Below, in pieces: positions 51,880-64,000 of a DNA stretch of 64,000 nucleotides. Made by a program: the position numbers and the translations under genes. This DNA comes from Squalus acanthias (Eukaryota). The first letter of the stretch is position 1; each line of letters starts with the position of its first letter. The notes beneath the pieces were generated by a model. That model searched no databases, was not told the DNA's origin, and saw only the letters and a list, made by a program, of their open reading frames with translations. Location: contig CM059431.1 in assembly GCA_030390025.1 (NCBI GenBank), positions 94,738,001 to 94,802,000 of the forward strand, in the 5' to 3' direction.

Positions 51880-53584
51880 GTGAGTGTGCATGGAATTCAT
51901 ACCCTGGGGTTTGACAAGTTGACCTTATTTTAATACCAGTGCTTGAATCACTTCAATCTTGTTTCTGTCCTAGCCACAGCACCAAGACTCTGTCTGGTCA
52001 AAGTCACCAATGACTGAGATCAAAGCAAACTATCCTTCTTTGTCCTCCTCGAGCTCTCCACGACTTTCAACACTTTCCCTTTCACCTGTGTTTCACCTCC
52101 ATGGCATCGACCCGTCCTGGTCCCACTTCTACCTGAACCAACTAAATCTTCCCATGCAGTCATGGGCACATCTGCCCTACCGCACGCTTCATCTTGCCCC
52201 CCTCCTGGTTTTCATTTAAATGCAGCCTCTGCGAGCATGGGGTCACCTTCCATACTTATGGTGAGCTGTGCTATCCAATGGCCTGTATGATAAGTCGTGA
52301 ATTTCTCCAGCTCAAAATTAACTCCATGGGACTGCCTACTACTGGTTCCCTTACTACTTTTCTGAATTCAGCCAGTGCATCTCCAGCAAGAGCTTCTCTT
52401 TCCATCCCTGTACCGTCCCCTCCCAGGCTCCTCCAAGGATCTATACTTGGCTCCCTCCTCTTCCTTATCTGTATGCTACCCATCGTTATCATCCTTGGCA
52501 TGGGGTCAGCTTTCAAATGTGTGCTGACGACACCTAGCTCCACTTCGCCACCACTTCTCAACTGCCTCCATATTGTCCAGCATCAAGACTTAGATGAGTT
52601 ACAACTTCCTCCAGCTCAACGCAGGGAAGAATTAAGCTGTCGTTTTCTGTCATAAACTCTGCTTCCTTGCTGCTGGCTCCATCTTCCTCCACGGCCATAC
52701 TCTCAGCTGAATCAGAACGTGCACTATCTTGGTATCCTGTTTGACCCTCAGCCAAGCTTTAAAGAAAGAGAAAGAACGAACTTGCATTTATATAGCGCCA
52801 TGACCTCAGGACATCCCAAAGCGCTTTACAGTCACTGACATACTTTCGAGGTGTTGTCACTGTTGTAATGTAGGAAATGTGGCAGCCAATTTGCGCACAG
52901 CAAGCTCCCACAAACAGCAATGTGATAATGACCAGATCATCTGGTTTTTAGTGATGTTGGTTGAGGACTAAATTTTGTAGTTCCTCTAACTACAGTCTTC
53001 TATGCATGCTCTCCCATTCACCCCACCTTTTCATGGCAGAGCCTTTAGCCACGTTTGTCATAATCTCTGGAACTTCCTCTTCAGAGCTGTCTGTGCCTCC
53101 ACTGCTTAAAAACCTTCTCAAAACCCATCTCTAACTACGCTTTTGGTCACTCCTCCTAATCTTTCACTATCTGGCTCGGCCTGAGTTTTCCCTATCCCTA
53201 TTTTTGGGAATTTCTTTACATTAAAGCCACAATATAAATGGAAGTTGTTGTTGCACTCACTGACACCCCCATTAGCTCCCCACCCTCCAACACATTGACT
53301 TAAAATTCAATGTGCTTATTTTCAAATCACACCATACCCTTGCTCCTCCATAACTCTGCAATCCAACCCCACAATATCCTAACCCTGAATATCTGAACTG
53401 CTGTAATGTCATAGACCCCTAAGTGCAGTATGGAGAGAAGGCCATGCAAAGAGAGGAAGCTGAAGGGTCAAAACTTGCTGACAGCACGAGCAGCTGGTGG
53501 GGCCTTGCACGCAGCGGACAGCTTCCCAGAAATTCGCAGTGCACTATCTGCAATTTAAATCAGTTGATACAAAATCATAAAGTA

Positions 53585-53997
53585 AGACTTGCATTTATAT
53601 GGTGCCTTTCATGACCACTGGACGTCCCAAAGTGCTTCACAGCCAATGAGGTACTTTTGAAGTGTAGTCACTGTTGTAATGTAGGAAACGCGACAGCCAA
53701 TTTGTGCACAGCAAGCTCCCACAAACAGCAATGTCATAATGACTAGATAATCTGTTTTAGTGATGTTGATTGAGGGATAAATATTGGCCAGGACACCGGC
53801 AATAACTCCTCTTCGAAATAGTGTCATAGGATCTTTTACGTCCACCTGAGAGAGCAGACGGGGCCTCGGTTTAACGTCTTATCCAAAAGACGGCACCTCC
53901 AACAGTGCAGCACTCCCTCAGCACTGCACTGGAGTGTCAGCCTAGATTTTTGTGCTCAAGTCCCTGGAGTGGGACTTGAACCCACAACCTTCTGACT
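53585..53997 (-). mobile_element. Deu-domain SINE (SacSINE1-like) with L2 tail; partial copy at about 52775-52965
   Basis: B-box-like GGTTCAAGTCC, Deu-like GTGGACGTAAAAGATCC.ATG.CACTATTTCGAAG, L2-like 3' end. Confidence 0.75.
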
Positions 53998-55017
53998 GTG
54001 GATTAACTACCAGGGCTGTGCAGTCGTAATTTTCTGATTGCATACTACCGGGACGGAAGATCAGGAGCTGCACATCTTCGATTTCTCGATGTGCACTCCA
54101 GGCCAGTGATGTTCTGCACCAGGAGCTGCAATCAGATCATTTGCCCTGAAGCTTTTGGGAATGCTTTTTTTGTTGTCACCAGAGTCCAATCAGCATATTT
54201 AAAAAAGGACCCCACTGTCTTCTGGTGGATGTCCTGCTAAAGGGATTAGGTTTAATATCAGGACCCGCGGGAGGACAGCAGGATTAACTACCGTCGGGTG
54301 TGGGGTTAAAGTTCCCACCACGTCTTTCCCTTTTTACAATCTGATTTTTCTCCTTGCTTCTCAACCTGCTTCTCACAACCCCCAATCATATTTTCGGCTA
54401 CTGATATCCATTTTATCCTTTTGAGTGTTTCCATAGAAGCAGAGATTTTTGTGATCTGCAAAAAGTTTGCCTTCTACTTTATAGCTTTTGTGAGAGTTCT
54501 CTGCTCCTCCACACCTCAAGACAGCACAATATTGAGGGACCGCTGTCACTTGGTGAGTGTCCAACTCTTCAAATGGGAGCAAAACACACAGTTATTATTA
54601 CACAATTTAATTATTATACCTGCATTTTTTTCCCGCCAATAGGAGGCGTGTGAAACGTTTCCTGCGCCACCAAAAAGAGAGTGATCAGGTAACAAAAGCA
54701 GAGCTGTTAATTGATATTTAAGATGTATATTCAATATTTGGACCTTTAAACATACTGCTGCCAAGTGTGTCAGGAAATTGGAGATTCCACTGACATTCCC
54801 AGCAGTCCCCGTGCACTCAGTGGGGGTCATTTTGAATTAGGGTTGCCAACTCTGGTTGGAGGCATTTCTGGAGCTTTGATCACGTGAGATCCTGACCATG
54901 TGACTGCTGATCATGTGACATCAGATCACATGACTTCTACAAATGTTATTGCATTTACCTTGTAGAGGTTGGAGCCCCTGTAGTTATATATTTTTGCTCA
55001 TGATTTTGTGCCTGCAG

Positions 55018-55228
55018 CTGTTGTGTGAAAAGTTCTGAGAACCAGGAATCCAACCATGAGCAAGTGAATAGGGGAAACCAAGGGTGGGGGAAGAGGGGAA
55101 TCCGAGGGTGGGGAAGAGGGAAAACTGAACATGGAGGAAGAGTCGAAACCAAGGTCGGGGAAGAGGGAAGACCAAAGGTGGGGGAGCGAGAGGTGGAAGG
55201 AACTTTGATTTCACCAGTAACTCACTGA
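55018..55228 (+). CDS. Probable terminal (cytoplasmic) exon of the nectin/PVR-like gene
   Basis: gtgcctgcag acceptor in the required phase 2, open to TGA at 55228 ((S)CCVKSSENQESNHEQ...LISPVTH*); AATAAA at 55701. Confidence 0.55.
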
Positions 55229-56119
55229 AATTGCACTGATAGCTAATAGTAATACTGGTAACATTCAGACTCTCCTCATAACCAACAGTAATACAATAAC
55301 TCACTGTAATAGGTGTAACACTCCAATATCCTACCTGTAACTAGTAGTAATCCAATAACCTGCTGATATTTACCCTGAAACCATAGCCAGAAATCCCTTG
55401 CACTGCAGAGTGTGATCAGACTCCCCAGTCGGCCACTTTCTACAGGCCCATCTCTCTCCCCATCTCCTTGGACTCTTGTTTGGACTCTGGTTCCATGTGA
55501 AGGTGACAACTCTGAACCTCAATCAGAGCTGATCTGTACTTGGAATTCACACATCAAAACTGGCCAGTACAGACCGACCTGAACCAAACCGAGATCGCAC
55601 ATAGGACAGCGGGCTCAGTTTGGGGCACTTCTCACAGTGCACATTGTCCTAAACTCAGCTGAGCGCCAAGATTTCTAAACCACCCCCTGGGCTTGCACTC
55701 AATAAAGAGGAGTTTTCATAGAATTATAGAAATTGCAGCTCAAGAGGAGACCATTCGTCCCCCAGTGCTGACGCTCTCTCCTGTAACCCAATTCCTCCCG
55801 ATCCTTTTCTGCTCCTCCTTTTCAATTGATTACCCCATACCGTTTCTATAAAGTTTTAGTCTCTTCCTTAATAGCTACATGCACTGAAGGCTCCCACGGT
55901 CTAGTAGCCGTCATTTCAAGAGCTTGCTCCTCCTTTCCCCCTGTTTCCTCCAGTGAGAATCCTTGGTTCCCATTCCCTAGTTCCCCATTCGTCCACAAGT
56001 GGAAACAATCTCACTATTTACCCACAGTAAGGTCTCCAGGTTTCACTGGCTCCCCCTCCCTCAGTTCCGCTCACATTCACCACGTTCTAGGTGCTGTTCC
56101 CGGCTCTCCAGAAAATCTC

Positions 56120-56275
56120 CATCTCTCCCCGAGCCTCCATTAACCAGTCCCCACATCTATCCCGAGACCCCATTTCCCAGACTCCAACTCTCCCCGAGCC
56201 CCCGTTCCCCAGTCTGCAACTCTCCCCGAGCCCTCGTTCCCCAGTCTCCAACTCTCCCCGAGCCCCATTCCCCAG
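56120..56275. repeat. C-rich minisatellite, about 30-bp unit (CTCCAACTCTCCCCGAGCCCC.TTCCCCAGT), 3-4 copies
   Basis: Direct inspection. Confidence 0.85.
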
Positions 56276-57171
56276 TTTTGTCTCCTCCAACCACTCTCGA
56301 GTCCCCCGATTGCTGCCACCACCACCCTCCGCGATTGCCCACACTCCGGTTGCCGAGGCGGGCTGCGGGAGACCTCTGCCGCAGTCTGTTCTCCGATCCA
56401 CAGCACCTCCAACTCACTGAAGGGATCTGACGGTCCTGGCAGTCATTTCAAATTAATCCCTCACCTTGCAAAAACCATCGCAAAACGTCTACACTATATT
56501 GTTAATCAAATCATTTATTCAATGTGCTAACCAGGCAGTTGTGTCGTTAGCTTGGTCAAAAGACATGCAGTTAAATCTAGTTAATAATTAATAATCAATA
56601 AGGTAGTTTGAATATGCTTTCAGCTCTGTCGTGTAATATAAAATGCCACACGCGCCTTTTTCGATCGTAAACCGGGCATACTCCCTGTCGTGCTAGTCCT
56701 TCCACTCCCCAAGAGCCTGGGAGGGTGTCCTGATCGCCTTTATCGAGTCCATGGAAACTTTAGTGAAAGGGGATACCTTCAAGGAGTTCTGTGACTTTCA
56801 TCCATAGCTGATCCAACGTGGATCCACTTTGTTGAGCCCAGACCTCCGGTGCTTTACGCAGCACCACGCAGAATGAATCTGTCACTGTGACGTTACTCAG
56901 CACTCTGCCCCAGCATGTGGATTTACCCTGGATGACATCTCTCCCCGGTATACCATTATTGTCACCAAGTGGGGGCGGGGGTGGGGGTGGGGTGGGGAAC
57001 ATAGGACCAGGAATAGGCGATTCAGCCCCTCGAGCCTGTTGCACCATTCAATTAAATCTTGACTGATTTGCATCTTAACTCCTTTTACCCGCAGGTGGAA
57101 GAAGGACAAGTGGAGGAAGATGAAACTAATCTTCAAACAAGTCGACTGCAAAGCAGACAAGAGCAGGTGTC

Positions 57172-57330
57172 TGACTGTGCTCTGGGCCCTCCACACTAGC
57201 TCCTGACTGTGCTCTGGGCCCTCCATACTAGCTCCTGACTGTGCTCTGTGCCCTCTACACTAGCTCCTGACTGTCCTCTGGGCCCTCCATACTAGCTCCT
57301 GACTGTGCTCAGGTACTTGCTCCTGACTGT
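57172..57330. repeat. Minisatellite, about 4 x 32 bp (TGACTGTGCTCTGGGCCCTCCA.ACTAGCTCC)
   Basis: Direct inspection; bracketed by two identical ~70-bp CR1-tail copies (about 56995-57064 and 57341-57410). Confidence 0.9.
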
Positions 57331-57408
57331 AACTTACTAAGGAACATAGGACCAGGAATAGGCGATTCAGCCCCTCGAGCCTGTTGCACCATTCAATTAA
57401 ATCTTGAC

Positions 57409-60400
57409 TGGTCCCATCCACCCGGGTCACGTACTGCGGGGGTTCATCATACCTTACTAAGTGGTCTGCCTGATGTACTCCTATATTCTCCACGCAGAAT
57501 AGAGGATTTGGGGTTGCCTTTTCATGCAGGATGGGATAATAGAATGCCATCCCTAATAAGGTGATGTCATTCTGTTCCAGCAAATGACATTTGTGTTTTA
57601 CTGGGTACACCTGTACTAGTTCTGGTAAATTGATAAGTGGACATTGCCCTCAGATGTCGATCAGTCACCCACAAGAGAAGCTTCCCCTCAGCAATGCGCT
57701 GCAGGTTTTCACAGGCTTGTTCCACTAACCAGGATCCATACGTTACACAAACATCATTTTGCATGGCCTCACTAGAGGCATTCAGATTCTCCTTTCTAAT
57801 TTGGTTTATCTTTTTAGCATGGGATTCTAAATAGTTAAAACACGTCCTGCACTTGAATGGTCATAATTTGGTCCTCCTTCAATTCCTCTTGTTCTAGACC
57901 ATTCATTTTATTCAGAATTTCCTTTAGACGATTTCTAACTGCCTTTACGGATTGATCGAAATCAGCCAAATCAAGGCTATTCACAAGGGAGGTTCCGGTA
58001 TTAAAAACAGCGGCTGCATCATTTATCAGACCCCGTCGCGTTCTGATATGGTCCCCTTTAACCCCGTAACTGATGTTGTTTCCTTCAGTGATCTCAGTAT
58101 TTTCCCCAAAGTTATTGTTAAATCCATTACTATCTCATGAGCCCTTGCACTATAATGGCTCTAATTCTGATTTCGCCAAAGTTGTGCTGGCTCTTTCCCA
58201 AAATCCTTTTATTAATTCCCGCACCATTCTCCCATATAACCGTGCTGTTTCTGGTTTGCGCCAGTTCAGTATTCCCACCTCGGTCAGATTTAATATCACA
58301 GGTACCACCTCCTGATGCACATCATGGTACTATATCATCCACGTTGGGATTACTACTAACCCATTTGTCGGCGTCTGAGAGTATTTGAGACAGACAAAGA
58401 GGAGGTGGACCTGTGTGGGAGCGGCAGCGGGACCTGAGAGAAGGCGGAGTGGCCAAAAAGGACCGCGGCTGAGGAGGCCCGACACCGGAGGAGGCGGACC
58501 TGCATGGGAGCGGCAGCAGGACCTGAGAGGCAAAATTCAAAAGAGTGACGTCAGAGTGAACAAAGTGACGTCGGCATTAGGGAAGGAGCTGATTGGTGAG
58601 TAGCTGGTGAGTGTCTTTTCTTTTTAAGTTTTAGAAATGTATTTGTTTTTTTTGAGCATCACTTTTTTTTGTCTGTAGCCTTTTAGCCTTTAGCTAAGGG
58701 CAGCGTGTTATACTAAATACTTCAATTAATGAATCTAATAACTAGAGGCATGGCAGGGCAGTTCGGTCCCGTGGAGTGCACATTCTGTGCCATGTGGGAA
58801 GTCCTGGACGCTTCGCGTAGCCTGGATCACCACATGTGCAGGAAGTGTCGCCAGCTGCAGCAACTCGAGTTCCGGGTTTCGGAGATTGAGCAGCAGCTGG
58901 AGTCACTGCGGTGCATCCACGAGGCCGAGAGTTACGTGGATAGCACAGTTCAGGAGGTGGTCACCCCACAGCTAAAGAGTGTGCAGGCAGAGAGGAAATG
59001 AGTGACTGCTAGACAGAAGAGGAGGACCAGGCAGGTAGTGCAGGAGTCCCCAGAGTGCATCTCGCTCTCCAACCAGTATTCTGTTCCGAGTACTGGTGAG
59101 GGGGATGGTTCCTCTGGGAAGTGCAGCCAGAGACAAGTCCACAGCACCACGGGTGGCGCAGCTGCACAGGTGGGGAGGAAAAAGAGTGGAAGAGCTATAG
59201 CGGTAGGGGATTCGATAGTTAGGGGAGCAGATAGGCGTTTCTGCGGCCGTAGACGTGACTCCAGGATGGTATGTTGCCTCCCTGGTGCCAGGGTCAAGGA
59301 TGTCACTGAGCGGCTGCAGGACACTGAGGGGAGAGGGTGAACAGCCAGAGGTTGTTGTCCATATCGGTACCAGCGACATAGGCAGAAAGAGGGATGAGGT
59401 CCTGCAGGCAGAGTTTAGGGAGCTAGGAAAGAGATTAAAAAGCAGGACCTCAACAGTCGTAATCTACGGATTACTCCCGGTGCCACGTGCTCGTGAGTAC
59501 AGGGATAGGAGGATAGAACAGATGAATGCATGGCTGGAGAGATGGTGCAGGAGGGAGGGCTTTAGATTCCTGAGGCATTGGGATCGTTTCTGGGGAAGGT
59601 AGGACCTGTACAAGCCGGACGGGTTACACCTCAACAGAGCTGGGACCAATATTCTCGCGGGGAGGTTTGATAGTGCTGTTGGGGAGGGTTTAAACTCGCT
59701 TGGCAGGGGGATGGGCACCAACATATAGGAGTAGAAAAGAGGAAGAAAGTGCATAAAAGAGTGAGTGTGTTGGATAGTACTGAAGAAGAAAGTAGTACTA
59801 GAGGCAGAAGTAGTACCACATTAGATAGGAGCAGAGTAAGAAAGACTACGAAAAATTCAAAAATGGGTTTAGAATGCATGTGCGTAAATGCACAAAGTGT
59901 GGTGAATAAGGTTGGTGAGCTGCAAGCACAATTAACCGTTTGGCAATATGATGTTGTGGCAATAACGGAAACGTGGCTTAAAAACAGTGAGGACTGGGCA
60001 CTTAATATTCAAGGGTACAAGGTGTTCAGAAAAGATAAGGAAGGAAAAAAGGGGGGTGGGGTGGTAGTGCTGATTAAGGAAGACATTGTAGTGTTGGAAA
60101 GGGAGGATGTTCTTGAGGGGACAAGGACAGAATCCATTTGGTTAGAGTTGAGGAGCAAAAAGGGTATGATCACGCTATTGGGGGTATTCTACAGGCCTCC
60201 AAATAGTGAGAGGGAGGTAGAGGATCAAATCTGCAGGGAAATTGCAGAGATATGCAAGAGCTACAGAGTGGTGATATTGGGGGACTTTAATTACCCAAAT
60301 ATCGATTGGGATAATGCTAGGGTAAAGGGAAAGGAGGGGGACGAATTTCTGAAATGTGTTCAGGAGAATTTCCTTGACCAGTATGTTCTTGGCCCAACTA

Positions 60401-63400
60401 GGAAGGAGGCATTGCTGGATCTGGTGCTGGGGAATGAGTTGAGCCAGGTCAGCCAAGTGTCTGTGGGAGAGCACTTGGGTACGAGTGATCATCGTATCAT
60501 AAGATTTAGATTAGCAATGGAGATGAGCAAGGAACAATCTAGAGTGGAACTTTTAAACTGGTATAGGGCTAACTTCAATGGGATGCGAAAGGATCTAGCC
60601 AGGGTAAAATGGAACCAAAGACTAACAGGAAAATCTGTAACGGAACAATGAGTGATCTTCAAGGAAGAGATGTTCCAAGTACAGGCTAGGTACATTCCAA
60701 CAAGAGGTAAGGGAACCAAAGCAAGGGTTGTTTGGATGACGAGGGAGATAGAGAAACATAGAAACATAGATAGGAGCAGGAGTAGGCCATTCGGCCCCTC
60801 GAGCCTGCTCCGCCATTCGATGAGATCATGGCTGATCATCCAAACTCAGTACCCTGTCCCTGCCTTCTCCCCATATCCCTTGATACCTTTAGCTTTAAGA
60901 AATATATCGAACTCATTCTTGAATATATTTAATGACTTGGCCTCAACTACCTTCTGCGGTAGAGAATTCCACAGGTTCACCACTCTGAGTGAAGAAATTC
61001 TTCCTCATTTCTGTCCTAAATGGCTTACCCCTTATCCTTAGATTATGACCCCTGGTTCTGGACTCTCCGACCATCGGGAACATTCTTCCTGCATCTAGTT
61101 TGTCCAGACCTGTCAGAATTTTATATGTTTCGATGAGATCCCCTCTCATTCTTCTATACTCCAGCGAGTATAAGCCCAATCTCTCCTCATATGTCATTCC
61201 TGCCATCCCAGGTATCAGCCTTGTGAATCTTCGCTGAACTCCTTCCATGGCAAGAACATCCTTCCTCAGATAAGGTGACCAAAACTGCACACAGTACTCA
61301 AGGTGTGGTCTCACCAAGGCCCTATACAACTGCAGCAGGACATCCCTGTTCCTATACTCAAACCCTTTCGCTATGAAGGCCAACATACCATTTGCCGCCT
61401 TCACCGCCTGCTGCACCTGCATGCTTACCTTCAGCGACTGGTGCACAAGGACACCCAGGTCTCGTTGCACTTCCCCTTCTCCCAATCTATTGCCATTCAG
61501 ATAATAGTCTGCCTGTCTGTTTTTGACATCAAAGTGGATAACCTTGCATTTATCCACGTTGTATTGCATCTGCCACGCTTCTGCCCACTCACCCAACCTG
61601 TCCAAATCATCCTGGAGTTTCTCGGTATCCTCCTCGCAGCACACACTCCCACCCAGCTTTGTGTCATCTGCAAACTTGGAGATATTACATTTACTTCCCT
61701 TATCTAGATCATTAATGTATATTGTGAATAGCTGGGGTCCAAGGACCGATCCCTGCGGTACCCCACTAGTCACTGCCTGCCACTCGGAAAAAGACCCATT
61801 AATTCCTACTCTCTGCTTTCTGTCCGCCAACCAGTTCTCTATCCAAGTCAATACCTTGCCCCCAATCCCATGTGCCTTAACTTTACACGCTAATCTCTTA
61901 TGCGGGACCTTATCGAAAGCCTTTTGAAAGTCCAAATACACCACATCTACTGGTTCTCCCTTATCTATTTTCCCAGTTACATCCTCAAAAAATTCCAGTA
62001 GATTAGTCAAGCACGATTTACTTTTTGTAAATCCATGTTGACTTTGTCCGATTCTGTCATTGTTTTTCAAGTGCTCAGCTATTACATCCTTTATAATGGA
62101 CTCTAGCATTTTCCCCACTACCGATGTCAGGCTTACCGGTCTGTAATTGCCCGCTTTCTCTCTACCACCTTTTTGAATAGTGGGGTAACAATCCATGGGT
62201 ACAGTTCCAGATTCCATCGAATGTTGGAAGATGATCAGCAATGCATCTACTATTCCTAGGGCCACTTCCTTAAGTACCCTATGATGTAGATTATCAGGTC
62301 CTGGGGATTTATCGGCCTTCAATTTCCCTAACACCATTTCCCTGCAAATACTGATTTCTTTCAGTTCCTCCCTTTCATCAGACTGTATGTTCTCCAACAT
62401 CTCTGGGAGGTTATTTGTGTCCTCCTTTGTGAAGACAGAACCAAAATATGCATTTAATTGGTCTGCCATTTCTTTGTTCCCCATTATAACTTCCCCCGCT
62501 TCTGACTGCAAGGGACCTACACTTGATTTCACTAATCTTTTTCTCTTCACATATCTATAAAAGCTCTTAGTCAGTTATTTTCCCTGCAAGCTTACTTTCA
62601 TATTCTATTTTCCCCTTCTTAATTAATCCCTTTGTCCTCCTTTGTTGAATCCTAAACCGCTCCCAATCCTCAGGGTTACCGCTTTTTCTGGCCAATTTAT
62701 ATGCCCTCTCCTTGGATCTTATGCTATCCCTAATTTCCCTTGTTAGCCACGGTTGAGTCACCCTTTTTGTTTTATTCTTATGCCACACTGGGATGAACAA
62801 ATTCTGTAGTTCATCCATGCAGTCTTTGAATGTTTGCCATTGCCTATCCACCGTCAACCCCTTGAGTGACATTCCCCAATCAATCCTACCCAATTCGCGC
62901 CTCATACCATCGTAGTTTCCTTTATTTAAATTCAGGACCCTAGTCTCTGATTCTACTACTTCACTCTCCGTCCTAATGAAGAATTCGATCATATTATGAT
63001 CACTCTGACCCAAGGGGCCTTGTACAACAAGATTGCTAATTAATCCTTTCTCGTTACATAATACCCAGTCTAAGATGGCCTGATCTCTGGTTGGTTCCTC
63101 GACATATTGTTCCAGAAAACCATCCCGTAAACATTCTAGGAATTCCTCCTCCACAGTATTTTTACTAATTTGGTTAGCCCAATCTATATGTAAATTAAAG
63201 TCACCCATGATGACTGCTGTGCCCTTACTGCATGATTCTCTAATTTCCCTTTTAATGCCGTCCCCAACCTCCGTATTACTGTTTGGAGGTCTATATACCA
63301 CTCCCACTAACGTTTTCTGCCCCTTGTTATTTCTCAGTTCTACCCATACAGATTCCGCATCATCAGAGCTAATATCCTTCCTTTCAATTGTGTTAATCCC

Positions 63401-64000
63401 CTCTTTAACCAGCAATGCTACCCCACCTCCCTTTCTTTTTTGCCTATCTTTCCTAAATATTGAATACCCCTGGATGTTGAGTTCCCAGCCTTGGCCACCC
63501 TGGAGCCATGTTTCTGTAATCCCAATCAAATCGTATTCATTTACCTCTATTTGCGCAGCTAATTCATCCACCTTGTTCCGAATGCTCCTTGCATTAAGAC
63601 ACAAAGCCTTCAGGCTTGTTTTTTTAATGCTCTCAGACCTATATGAATTATTATTTACTGTGACCATGTTTGATTTAAACCGTTGATGAAACAAAAAAAG
63701 AGGGTGTATGATGCATGTCAGGTGAATTCATCAAGGGAGAACCAGACCAAATACGATAAGTTGAGAGGGGAAGTGAAGATGAAAATAAGATTGACAAAGA
63801 GAGAATATGAGAGGGAACCCAAAAGGGAACATAAAAGGGAACCCAAAAATCTTCTACCGGCATGTCAACAGTAAGCGGGTAGTAAGAGGCCTATTAGCGA
63901 CATAGAAGGTGTTATATGCTTAGAGGTGCAGGGCAAGGCTAGAACACTCAATGAGTACTTTGTATCGGTAGTTACTAAGGAGGTGGCGGCTGACAAAATA
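57409..64000 (+). repeat. Segmental duplicate of 34803-45462 lacking the Harbinger (env remnant 57409-~58397, CR1+ ~58398-60752, CR1- ~60753-63684, CR1+ resumes to the end)
   Basis: Near-identical sequence across identical element junctions; runs off the window. Confidence 0.96.
60943..63694 (-). pseudogene. CR1 ORF2 (APE 62567-63694, RT 60943-62550), nearly intact, in the duplicate copy
   Basis: 375-aa and 535-aa ORFs with [20 protein letters not shown] and FADD motifs. Confidence 0.92.

Noticed and set aside
56410..56975. Exon or ORF on the - strand (GTGAGT near 56418; ORF 56760-57047)
   Set aside because: No recognisable domain, in-frame stops and no partner exons found; left unassigned.

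Overview
Repeat-dense vertebrate DNA, very likely from a shark or ray (HE1-type V-SINEs, a Deu-domain SINE, shark-type CR1 and Penelope repeats). One host gene can be reconstructed: the 3' part of a + strand nectin/PVR-like Ig-superfamily membrane protein, with exons 12446-12745, 21091-21196, 31157-31302, 51750-51879 and probably 55018-55228, all phase-compatible. Its long intron holds a four-layer nest. A 5'-truncated endogenous retrovirus lies on the - strand (33258-~50690; RT, tether, retroviral RNase H, integrase, a fusion-protein-like env with an apparent N-terminal Ig-like domain, and a 3' LTR; lokiretrovirus- or spuma-like). It is interrupted by a full-length CR1, which is interrupted by a second CR1, which is interrupted by a 4.1-kb two-gene Harbinger transposon. 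The nest is duplicated from 57409 to the window end without the Harbinger, exposing the empty site. Also present: Harbinger and Tc1/pogo MITEs, Penelope fragments with hammerhead-ribozyme motifs, an L2 and a 5'-inverted Vingi-like LINE. All family assignments come from reading motifs by eye; no searches were run.
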